The translations under genes and the position numbers were made by a program. Positions 9,643 through 17,834 of a stretch of 64,000 nt of DNA are shown here, one piece after another (the stretch's first letter is position 1; each line of letters opens with the position of its first letter). The stretch is from positions 124,001 to 188,000 of the IMG/VR virus record IMGVR_UViG_3300021142_000002. The stretch is one strand, 5' to 3'. The notes beneath the pieces are model-generated. The model saw nothing but the letters and a program-made list of their open reading frames with translations, searched no databases and was not told the DNA's origin.

Positions 9643-9991
9643 TGATTTTCCCCAATATTTCTCTGCATTTATTATCAGACATTTTGTCTATCTCTAGTGC
9701 CATCTTTGCAATCAGATATCTTTTTTCATCAGATAAGCTAACTAAATCAATAGTAATAGAATTAGTTGTTTTAGAATAGAGCCCTAATAGATATTCGGCA
9801 TAGATTGGACTAACAGTAATAGCTACACAAAGATTTTTAAATAATTCATGAGGCATAAGACTAGTACCCCTTAAATACATATTCAATTGTCTAGTAGCGA
9901 TATCCATCTTTTCTGCCACCCAGGGTAAAGTAAACCCCATGGCTTGACAGTACTTTACTACCTTTTTACCAAAAATAGTCATTGTTTTCAT
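9635..9991 (-). CDS. XRE-family HTH DNA-binding protein
   Basis: FGKKV...CQAMGFTLPWVAEKMDIATRQLNMYLRGTSL: XRE HTH spacing. Confidence 0.65.
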   Translation of the reverse strand: MKTMTIFGKKVVKYCQAMGFTLPWVAEKMDIATRQLNMYLRGTSLMPHELFKNLCVAITVSPIYAEYLLGLYSKTTNSITIDLVSLSDEKRYLIAKMALEIDKMSDNKCREILGKING

Positions 9992-10004
9992 AATCTTCTC
10001 CTAA

Positions 10005-10397
10005 TTAATATTTAGACTTTCTAAAACGATGATAATATGGTTTAACATCATGAGCTTTTTCTTCTTCCGCTAAAGATATATTTAACTCCGCACTAGTATC
10101 TTTAATTTCAAAAAGTTCATTTATTTTTGGCTCAGGAATCATTCCAGTGGTAACGGAGATACTGGTTACAGTGCCATTTTCATCCCTTGTTAATTTAGTA
10201 GTATTAACATTTTCTATTAAAATACCATTTTTATAATACGATCCATCAGGTGCTATACTTGAAATAACGATCACTTCATTATTCTCTTCTAATAGACGTT
10301 TAAGTTCTCTTTCCATAGTCAACATTTTTCCACAGTGTCTAACCACCACGAGTATTGGTCTTGTATGACCTATTGTTATTTTATGTTGATTGCCCAT
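10005..10397 (-). CDS. Hypothetical protein
   Basis: 130-aa ORF with AGGAG RBS. Confidence 0.6.
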   Translation of the reverse strand: MGNQHKITIGHTRPILVVVRHCGKMLTMERELKRLLEENNEVIVISSIAPDGSYYKNGILIENVNTTKLTRDENGTVTSISVTTGMIPEPKINELFEIKDTSAELNISLAEEEKAHDVKPYYHRFRKSKY

Positions 10398-10424
10398 TCA
10401 TTTCTCCTATGTTGGAATAGTATT

Positions 10425-11642
10425 ATGCATACTAAGTTTAAAAATTTAACTGAGGTTTTCTTACATCATGTAGGTGTTCCAGTAGACAGAAATCTATTAG
10501 CTGCTGTATTGACTTACACAATGAATTTTGTTAGGAAGGATGAAGATTCTATCTCTTTCTTTGGTAGCCCATTATTGGGCGTTTATCCAGTAAAATTCAC
10601 TACTGAAGATAAACTATTATGGATTGAAGATGTTTTACAAATTAATGACTTTGATCAATTAAGAGATGATATCTATGATTTACCTGATATTGATAAAACA
10701 TTTAATGTATCATCTGATGCAGTTAACTTATCCTTTTGCTGGGTAGCTTATCAAGCTTTAATATCCACCACACTAACTCTAAAAGAAAGAGAAGCTTTAG
10801 CTAAGACAGCGATTGACATGCTACAGTATAAGTTTATTAGTTCCATTCATACAAGATCATTTCCTCATCGAGCTAATATTGAGATTTCTATGGCAGTTTA
10901 TGAAAACTTAGATAATAAATCTCAATTAAAAAGAGCAGGTTCTTGGAAGGGATTAGTTGATATTAGAACAGCAGATATCTTAGGTCCTAGTGGACTGCAT
11001 GCAAATACCATTAGAACACTACAAACAGACTATCAAGTAGTCAAAATGCTTAATGATATTTGGAGTAGAATGAAATCTATCTTTAGAATACTAAATGATA
11101 GCTTTTATACTATTAGAGATACGACTGCTAGGATAGCTTCTACTGATAAATTTACTCAAGTAGATGGTGAGGCTATCTTAAAGGATTCAGTTAATAAATA
11201 CGCACATATAAAAACACATATGCATGATATAGTGCCTGATAGAAACTCTTTTGTTAAAGATGAGTTAATTAAGATAGTTATGCTAAATGTTAATACAGCT
11301 TATCAAAACTACTTAAAAGATACACTTTATTTTATTTCTCAAAACTATTCAGCTAAATATAAAGCAGTTAATATATCTGACTTAATAGATGAAATTTTAA
11401 TGTTTGCTTTTGATGTGATTAGAAAAGATAAAATAGAATTAAATAATCTTCCATCAATTGCTATTAAAATGAGAAACATGCTCAGATCCTCTAGAGTAGT
11501 CTCTCCTGAATTTAAAATCATTAAAGAAAAGATGGGTATTATCATTGATGATGCAAACCATCGCATTACTGAAGTCAATAATGCTTCTACTAAAATTGCT
11601 GTAGTACTTTATATTGTACTCAGAGCTTTAATGAAAGAATAA
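10425..11642 (+). CDS. Conserved phiKZ-like protein (likely virion/head-associated)
   Basis: FFGSPLLGV..VKF...D...W..DVL..D, SSDAVNLS, GSW pattern typical of phiKZ-like core genes; ATG at 10425 preferred over the track start 10335, which overlaps a divergent gene. Confidence 0.6.
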   Translation: MHTKFKNLTEVFLHHVGVPVDRNLLAAVLTYTMNFVRKDEDSISFFGSPLLGVYPVKFTTEDKLLWIEDVLQINDFDQLRDDIYDLPDIDKTFNVSSDAVNLSFCWVAYQALISTTLTLKEREALAKTAIDMLQYKFISSIHTRSFPHRANIEISMAVYENLDNKSQLKRAGSWKGLVDIRTADILGPSGLHANTIRTLQTDYQVVKMLNDIWSRMKSIFRILNDSFYTIRDTTARIASTDKFTQVDGEAILKDSVNKYAHIKTHMHDIVPDRNSFVKDELIKIVMLNVNTAYQNYLKDTLYFISQNYSAKYKAVNISDLIDEILMFAFDVIRKDKIELNNLPSIAIKMRNMLRSSRVVSPEFKIIKEKMGIIIDDANHRITEVNNASTKIAVVLYIVLRALMKE

Positions 11643-11810
11643 AAAAATATTACAACTATTATTATAATATGTTGAAAAACTAGTTTACTTTTACTTTCAT
11701 GTTTTATCTCTCCTCCTGTGTTGAAGACTAAGCTGTTTACATCATCCTCCTCTGTGATTAAAATAGCCTAGACTAAAAGATGCGCTTAGTCTAGAAATAA
11801 AAGCATTGGC

Positions 11811-11847
11811 ATTCCCTACCATCCTAGCTCCGGGGATGGTAGGGAAT
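11811..11847. terminator. Hairpin, 14-bp stem
   Basis: ATTCCCTACCATCC-9nt-GGATGGTAGGGAAT. Confidence 0.65.
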
Positions 11848-11858
11848 ATGTCAGCTTT

Positions 11859-12383
11859 TTATTTTTTATCAAAAAGATTAACTACTTTCTCACCTTTAGT
11901 GGAAGGTTTTTTATCTTCATCAAAGACATTAATTGAAATATCTTCTAAGGGTAATTTATTAGCAGAATTTCGATAGCTTAACATTAATAGCCATGTATTA
12001 ATTCTAGCTAGTCTACGCTCTAGCTTATGAGCATATCTAAAGATATCAACTACTTCATTAACATCCCTAAAGGTATAGCTAGTATACTTAGCAGGTAAAT
12101 TATTTTTTTCCTTTTCTATCATATTTTTTATTTCAGCTTCCAGGTAAATACAATAGTTTTTAGACATTAAATAATTAGTACCAGTTTGACTAATAGTATC
12201 TTCAAAATGATGACCAATCCTTTCAGCAATTTGAGCACTAATTTTAATAGTCCCATCTTCTAACAGATTATAAAAATCCATTGTTGTATTAGAAGGTATA
12301 CTGCCCGTTTTTAACTCGAGTTCTTCAATAACTGCTAATACACCCATTGCTACTAATCGTTTACCCACTTCTTGATTATCCAT
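11859..12383 (-). CDS. Hypothetical protein
   Basis: 174-aa ORF behind a promoter motif. Confidence 0.65.
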   Translation of the reverse strand: MDNQEVGKRLVAMGVLAVIEELELKTGSIPSNTTMDFYNLLEDGTIKISAQIAERIGHHFEDTISQTGTNYLMSKNYCIYLEAEIKNMIEKEKNNLPAKYTSYTFRDVNEVVDIFRYAHKLERRLARINTWLLMLSYRNSANKLPLEDISINVFDEDKKPSTKGEKVVNLFDKK

Positions 12384-12425
12384 TCTTTATCCTATTTAGT
12401 TAGGTTTAGTATCATTACAGCTAAT

Positions 12426-12450
12426 AGATAATGTATATACTAAATTATTA
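12426..12450 (-). promoter_or_regulatory. Putative early phage promoter
   Basis: Minus strand AATTTAGTATATACATTATCT. Confidence 0.6.
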
Positions 12451-14625
12451 TCAATAATAATTACTAGCTCTCATGTTACCCATCATATTTCTATTCAGTT
12501 TCATCTTATTTAAACTAGCTCTTAGTTTATTAACATGTCGTTTACTGGTTTCAATATCCTTTAAGATATTATCTAAGCTAATGGCCGTATCACCTAACTG
12601 CTGAGCCTCTCTTACTTTCCAGGCCAGCATCTTTTCATAACGAGTAGATTCAATAGCACTCGTAGATTGAGATAAACAATCTTTTAATTTATTAATTTCT
12701 TTATTAATTTCAACGACTTTTAACTTATTATTCATTTCTTCATCTGTCATAGTAGCACCATCACTAGCTACCATACTCAAACACTCTAGTGGATTAATAC
12801 CATAGTGCTGTAAATGCTTAGTATGCTTAATAAACCAATGACAGAGTAACCAAGCGATAACCATATCATCGTGTCCATCTTTAGGATGATCTATTCGACC
12901 ATTTTTAATTTCTAATCCTTTTAATTCAGAGGATAGTCTTTGATCTCTAATTAAATGAGCGGTAGAATTAACAGCTTCATTAAGAACTGTATTGTATAAG
13001 AATAATCTACTATTGCCAGTCGTCATAAAACCTAAATACTTTTTCATAATAGCATAGTCATATTCAGATCTAGACATTAATGGTTTACAGATTTCTTTAT
13101 ATTCTTCTTGCATTGTTTCTTTTTGATCGACTATTTTACTATACATTCTAACAAAGGGATCAATACCTTCATTAGTTAGCATAGCAGAGATCATATCTAC
13201 CATACCCCCTCTAGCTGATGATTTAGCTTCAAATATAAAGGTAACTTTTTTAAACTTAATTAGAAAGTCTGCTATCCATTTAGCATATCTAGAAAGACTC
13301 GCCTCATTAATGGATGAAGTAGCAATGACTTCTAACGTTTTAACATCCAGTAATACTAATGCATTTGAATCTCGTCCTACTGCTTCACTACTATCTAGAC
13401 CTAACAGATAGTGCCCTGTATTCATTCTAGAGAGTATTTCTTCTTCAGGTATGTACCATCGCATCATGTATCTTTCACCCGATACAGAGACAAATAGAGG
13501 GTCTAATTCGGACTTATTAACAATCTCTAAAATATGTGTAGGCAAAGCACCTGACGTATTACCAGAAGTCCATCTGTTTAAATAATCTCTTTCTATTTCT
13601 TCTCTAGTTAAAGGAACAATAGAGAGTCTTCCTTTTAACCAAGCATCAGTTTTTCCGGCTTGTCTATGACTAAATGTTCCATTAACTAAACACCTTCCAC
13701 CATTAGAATTAGTAATTATAAATTCTTTAGCATCTGCTTTATTCTTCCTATCATAAAGCGTTTCATTCCAGTAATAACCACTGTTAATGAAGTCATACAT
13801 GTACTTACCTTCTTTAGTATCTTTTTTACCAGCAGTTGTCGTATAGATGTTTCCATAGAGTGTACCATCTTTTTCAAAGTTTTCTCTAGCAGCACCAGTA
13901 GACTGAGCAGCTACAGGCAAAGAAATATGAACATTAGAAATAAAAGGACCTTCTTCAGTTTGCAGGTAAGGGCCTGTAATACCACGACCTACTTTATTAG
14001 CCCCAAAGATATCTCTTTGTCCTACTAAGAATGTCATTAAGTTATTTCTCTTTTTACATTCAATGACTTCAGTATTATCTGCATCATTTTTACTTCTAGG
14101 TATTAACCAGGCTGGTAATAAGTTTAGAGCTTGTTTAATACGTCTAACTGTTTTAGATCTTAATTCATCATCTTTAGTTAAGATAGTTAACGCAGTATTT
14201 TCATAATACAAATAAGTTAACCATATGCCCAGCATATCGCCTGTAATTGATTTACCAATCTGACGAGGCATAATTAATACAAAGTCTATGGTGGAAAAGA
14301 AACACCATAGTAGTGCAATGTTAGGTCTATTGGCTGCAAACCTTAATGGATTACTACCACTATCAATAAGACAAACCTCTCTAAAGAAGTACCATGGGTT
14401 AAAACGACATTCTAATGCAATTGCTGTTTTTTCATCCAATGTTAAATTGGGAGAATGTGGATCTATTCCCTGCAATGCTGGGTTTAATAAAGCTAAATGA
14501 AAACAATAGTTTTTAATACCCATGGATTTAAATACACCTGCTAATCTTACCCAGGACTGATTAGTTGTCCTAACATCAGGTATAGCCGTTGGGTATTTGT
14601 CCCAATCTTCTAAATATAAAATCAT
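12451..14625 (-). CDS. terL: Terminase large subunit (phiKZ gp25-like)
   Basis: Walker A PRQIGKS, EEGPF Walker B-like, TTTAG motif III, GLDSSEAVGRD nuclease Asp, HDDMVIAWLL; uninterrupted 724 aa. Confidence 0.9.
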   Translation of the reverse strand: MILYLEDWDKYPTAIPDVRTTNQSWVRLAGVFKSMGIKNYCFHLALLNPALQGIDPHSPNLTLDEKTAIALECRFNPWYFFREVCLIDSGSNPLRFAANRPNIALLWCFFSTIDFVLIMPRQIGKSITGDMLGIWLTYLYYENTALTILTKDDELRSKTVRRIKQALNLLPAWLIPRSKNDADNTEVIECKKRNNLMTFLVGQRDIFGANKVGRGITGPYLQTEEGPFISNVHISLPVAAQSTGAARENFEKDGTLYGNIYTTTAGKKDTKEGKYMYDFINSGYYWNETLYDRKNKADAKEFIITNSNGGRCLVNGTFSHRQAGKTDAWLKGRLSIVPLTREEIERDYLNRWTSGNTSGALPTHILEIVNKSELDPLFVSVSGERYMMRWYIPEEEILSRMNTGHYLLGLDSSEAVGRDSNALVLLDVKTLEVIATSSINEASLSRYAKWIADFLIKFKKVTFIFEAKSSARGGMVDMISAMLTNEGIDPFVRMYSKIVDQKETMQEEYKEICKPLMSRSEYDYAIMKKYLGFMTTGNSRLFLYNTVLNEAVNSTAHLIRDQRLSSELKGLEIKNGRIDHPKDGHDDMVIAWLLCHWFIKHTKHLQHYGINPLECLSMVASDGATMTDEEMNNKLKVVEINKEINKLKDCLSQSTSAIESTRYEKMLAWKVREAQQLGDTAISLDNILKDIETSKRHVNKLRASLNKMKLNRNMMGNMRASNYY

Positions 14626-14660
14626 AATTTTTTATCCAAAAAAAAAACATTAATCCATTT

Positions 14661-14694
14661 TGTTAGATAGACTACATAGGTAGTCTATCTAACA
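14661..14694 (-). terminator. Hairpin, 15-bp stem
   Basis: TGTTAGATAGACTAC-ATAG-GTAGTCTATCTAACA; T-run follows after a spacer on minus strand. Confidence 0.7.
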
Positions 14695-14701
14695 GAGTCA
14701 A

Positions 14702-14863
14702 TTAAAGTGGGATAGCAATGCCTAAAAGGGCCATTGCTAAGATGGTTGCGGTTGTTAGCATAATAACGCCACCCGCAAAGATTCTACAAAGATCCTTTAT
14801 GGGGATCACCTTGTTCATCAAACCCTCTTTCAAGGGTTCTCTTCTAATAATCATTTTAGCCAT
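14702..14863 (-). CDS. Small membrane protein (53 aa)
   Basis: CAGGAG RBS before ATG 14863; C-terminal hydrophobic helix. Confidence 0.5.
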   Translation of the reverse strand: MAKMIIRREPLKEGLMNKVIPIKDLCRIFAGGVIMLTTATILAMALLGIAIPL

Positions 14864-15027
14864 TTTTTCTTTCTCCTGTTTTTGTCTAATAAAAATTTGT
14901 ATGACTTTGCGATATTGCTGCCCCAGAAGCATTGTGATAAATGCCATTTAATAGCATTATTGACTTCACTAACTGGAACTACTGGATCACATGTAAACAC
15001 CCTAGGCATTTTGATTAAGATTGTCAT
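14851..15027 (-). CDS. Small hypothetical protein (58 aa, absent from ORF track)
   Basis: MTILIKMPRVFTCDP...RRKKKWLK; ATGA overlap with an upstream frame. Confidence 0.35.
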   Translation of the reverse strand: MTILIKMPRVFTCDPVVPVSEVNNAIKWHLSQCFWGSNIAKSYKFLLDKNRRKKKWLK

Positions 15028-15095
15028 ATCTTCTTGGTTTCAAAAAGATATTCCTTCTTGCCCATCAGAACAGAGCACTTTAGTGTTTGTCCTGA

Positions 15096-15153
15096 AATCC
15101 ATTTGTTGTCATTCGGCAAAGGCTTCTATCTGCCGAATGACAACAAATGGATT
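15096..15153. repeat. Perfect 23-bp inverted repeat, 12-nt spacer
   Basis: AATCCATTTGTTGTCATTCGGCA / TGCCGAATGACAACAAATGGATT. Confidence 0.9.
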
Positions 15154-15231
15154 GACGGGCTGTTCCTTAACCTGCCATGCGTGACTATTCATAGCAGTCA
15201 TTAACATGACTGCACCTATAATGTTTTGCAT
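15109..15231 (-). CDS. Small signal-peptide-like ORF (40 aa), possibly frameshifted
   Basis: AGGAG RBS, MQNIIGAVMLMTAMNSHA-WQ...; the stop lies in a 23-bp inverted repeat. Confidence 0.4.
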   Translation of the reverse strand: MQNIIGAVMLMTAMNSHAWQVKEQPVNPFVVIRQIEAFAE

Positions 15232-15264
15232 TTTCTTTCTCCTAAAGGATAATTAATATCCTAT

Positions 15265-15290
15265 AAATAATATAGGTATGAAAATAATTC
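15265..15290 (-). promoter_or_regulatory. Putative early phage promoter (variant)
   Basis: Minus strand ATTTTCATACCTATATTATTT. Confidence 0.45.
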
Positions 15291-15292
15291 GA

Positions 15293-15466
15293 TTAGTTAG
15301 ATACTCTACTTTCTTTAGTAACTAAATGCTCTATCATTAACTCAATATCTTTAATCAATATAGGCAATTTACCTTTATGTACTTTATGAGTAAAGTTATC
15401 TAATTTAATTAATTGCTCTTTAACATCAAATAAAAATTGTTCTGACACAACAATACTATTTTTCAT
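15293..15466 (-). CDS. Small hypothetical protein
   Basis: AAGAGG RBS before ATG 15466 (MKNSIVV...). Confidence 0.5.
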   Translation of the reverse strand: MKNSIVVSEQFLFDVKEQLIKLDNFTHKVHKGKLPILIKDIELMIEHLVTKESRVSN

Positions 15467-15548
15467 TTTAAGCCTCTTAGTTAGATTCATAAAATGAAAG
15501 CAAAAAAAAAAGAATGGGGGGGGGGTCATTTAAGAACCCCCCAACTTA

Positions 15549-16010
15549 TTACCAACCTATTTGATAATAGGTCAGCACCAGCGTATCGCCTATCACATAG
15601 TGATAGATTTTGCTTCCCTCCGTGGTTTCTTCAACCACCACTTCTGACAGTGATTCGGTATCACCGTCAACAAACTCCCCTTCATAAACCTCATTTATCT
15701 TTTTTAATGTCAACCATCCGGTTGAACGGCCAACCTCTTCCTCATATCTGAAGTCAGAGACCTCTAATTCCCTCCCATAATCTAACCCCGTTCTGAGGTT
15801 GGTTACTTTACTGCCAGCGGGCAGTGGGGATTTGGTACGGTTTCTGTATCCCAATCCCCAGATTTCAGCGCCTGGGAAGATGCTGACTACTGGGGTATTA
15901 GGGTCTAGGATATAGTTTCCCACCACTATATCTTCCATGTCTTGCTCTTCGATAATCACAGAGCAAAGTAATCCGTTATCGAACGGTGCAACTTTTGTAT
16001 ACATTCTCAT
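15549..16010 (-). CDS. GC-rich orphan protein behind cassette copy 1
   Basis: 153 aa, acidic, GCAGGAGA RBS. Confidence 0.75.
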   Translation of the reverse strand: MRMYTKVAPFDNGLLCSVIIEEQDMEDIVVGNYILDPNTPVVSIFPGAEIWGLGYRNRTKSPLPAGSKVTNLRTGLDYGRELEVSDFRYEEEVGRSTGWLTLKKINEVYEGEFVDGDTESLSEVVVEETTEGSKIYHYVIGDTLVLTYYQIGW

Positions 16011-16015
16011 TTCAT

Positions 16016-16111
16016 TCTCCTGCCTCTTTAGAGGGCTTAAAGTTGTTATAATAAATTGGATTACTAATGTAATTCCAATTAAATGATATATACATGAAAA
16101 TAATTTGAATT
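16016..16111 (-). repeat. 96-bp promoter-hairpin-RBS cassette, copy 1
   Basis: 95/96 identical to 25934-26029 (A16086 vs G26004). Confidence 0.9.
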
Positions 16112-16121
16112 GACATAAAGC

Positions 16122-16153
16122 CTGTATAGATTGCCCTAGGGCAATCTATACAG
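16122..16153. terminator. Perfect 32-bp palindrome
   Basis: CTGTATAGATTGCCCTAGGGCAATCTATACAG. Confidence 0.7.
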
Positions 16154-16159
16154 AATAAA

Positions 16160-17824
16160 TTATGATAGAGTATTTCTTAAACAAACGGGTGTTACACCTA
16201 AAGTCTTATATACACCTGCATCTGTAGTGGATTGTAGCCACACGATAGATACAGTTGCTCCATTGACCCAAGCCGTACTAAAATCATTAGGCAATAATAT
16301 ATTCCAATAACTTGCTATATCTCTTACAGGTCCAGTAGCACCTGCATAAATCAATTGAAAGTTATCAGGGGTTGGAGGACTTAAACTAACCGTTTGATCA
16401 TAGATAGGTTGAATTGGATAATACAATAATGTTAGCCATTGTTGTAGACTTAATGCACCTGATTTAATACTGAGCACTTGCTGACCCAATACAGAATATT
16501 CTGCATAGGCTAAATTACCGAATACACTTTCATTATTGTTTAAATAGTCAATAATAAAAGGTGTAGTAGTCGGTGTACCATAGGCTATAGTAGCCATCTG
16601 TGTAAAGGTATAGTTAGTATACCCAGATACAAAAACACGACTCATAATAATACTCAAGACTAATTCTTGAGGGTTACTAGGACCATAGTTAACAGTACCA
16701 TTATTAGGTCTAGTTACAGTAATTTGATTATTAGTTAACTTAATTAAAATGCTATGACTTAAATTAGTTAAGTAATAATCATTGGTATAGGTATTCGTTG
16801 TCCCATTCCAGTTAGGCACTATAAACACTTTAAAGGAATAGTCACTATTATAGCTAACTGTATTTACAGTATAGATATGGCTAATGGCTTTGTTACTAGG
16901 ATTACTAGAATTAACAATAGCCTCAGTACTGTCTGGATAATAAGTCAGTACTATCTTACTCTTACTGCCGACAATAGAGGTATTAAAATCATCCATGCCA
17001 AATATTTTACATTTGCTAGTACCTACACTAATTAAAGCACTTGTACCATTGTTGTAAATCAATCTAGCTTGGAAATCACCGCCAGTAAAGGGTACATTAG
17101 CCGGAATGTTAATAGTATCGGTAATGGTAGGGTCTAATAGGTTACTCGATAATGCTACATCGACTATATAGACTACATTATTTCCTAAACCTTTAATGAC
17201 ATTAGAGTTTTTAATTCTAAACTGATGCTCACCTGTTGGACCACCCGACTGCGTATAGGTCACTAAGGTAACAATCTGACCATCATACATAGCTGTACTG
17301 GTATTAAATGTAGGTGGTCTTAATATAGCTGGGTTAGTAGAATCTACTGTAACCATTTCTATATTTTCACTAACAAAGCTGCCGCTGCCATTAAAGGTTT
17401 GAGAGATTACAGTCCCTGTATTGCTAATGTCAGTACCTAGAAATAATTTAGCATAATTAATCTCACTGCCATAAGCTCTGTACTTATCATCAATGTCAAT
17501 AGTAAAGGGAGTCACTGCAGTATTTAAGAATGCTAACTCTAATACATTGGGCTGATAACTAGGTAGGTTAATAGAGTTAGAAGAACCAGCTTGAGCTTGT
17601 GCCAATAGAGAAAAATCTACTAATAATAAAGTAGGCACATAAGTCGGTGGATTAGAAGTAGTATCTACTTGAATAACTCTAAATAGTCCATGTTGATAAT
17701 CTATGACTAAATCATCAATGTTAGGAACTATTGTACCAGAATTACCAATACCATAGATTTCATTAATATTCCATGTTCTAAATCCTCTTAGAGGATCATA
17801 TTCACGTGTTGTTGGAGAGGTCAT
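16160..17824 (-). CDS. Virion structural protein (phiKZ gp26-like position)
   Basis: R.FRTW.I.EIY......VPN.DDLVID N-terminus; synteny terL-26-27-28-sheath-tube. Confidence 0.65.
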   Translation of the reverse strand: MTSPTTREYDPLRGFRTWNINEIYGIGNSGTIVPNIDDLVIDYQHGLFRVIQVDTTSNPPTYVPTLLLVDFSLLAQAQAGSSNSINLPSYQPNVLELAFLNTAVTPFTIDIDDKYRAYGSEINYAKLFLGTDISNTGTVISQTFNGSGSFVSENIEMVTVDSTNPAILRPPTFNTSTAMYDGQIVTLVTYTQSGGPTGEHQFRIKNSNVIKGLGNNVVYIVDVALSSNLLDPTITDTINIPANVPFTGGDFQARLIYNNGTSALISVGTSKCKIFGMDDFNTSIVGSKSKIVLTYYPDSTEAIVNSSNPSNKAISHIYTVNTVSYNSDYSFKVFIVPNWNGTTNTYTNDYYLTNLSHSILIKLTNNQITVTRPNNGTVNYGPSNPQELVLSIIMSRVFVSGYTNYTFTQMATIAYGTPTTTPFIIDYLNNNESVFGNLAYAEYSVLGQQVLSIKSGALSLQQWLTLLYYPIQPIYDQTVSLSPPTPDNFQLIYAGATGPVRDIASYWNILLPNDFSTAWVNGATVSIVWLQSTTDAGVYKTLGVTPVCLRNTLS

Positions 17825-17834
17825 TAAATAGTTC

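Noticed and set aside
15516-15542. G10 run as a G-quadruplex or phase-variation tract
   Set aside because: It pairs with a nearby C6 as an ordinary terminator-like hairpin in non-coding DNA; homopolymer length may be unreliable.
14288-15751. Plus-strand ORFs 14288, 14718, 14882 and 15494
   Set aside because: They are antisense to better supported minus-strand genes with RBS and promoter context.
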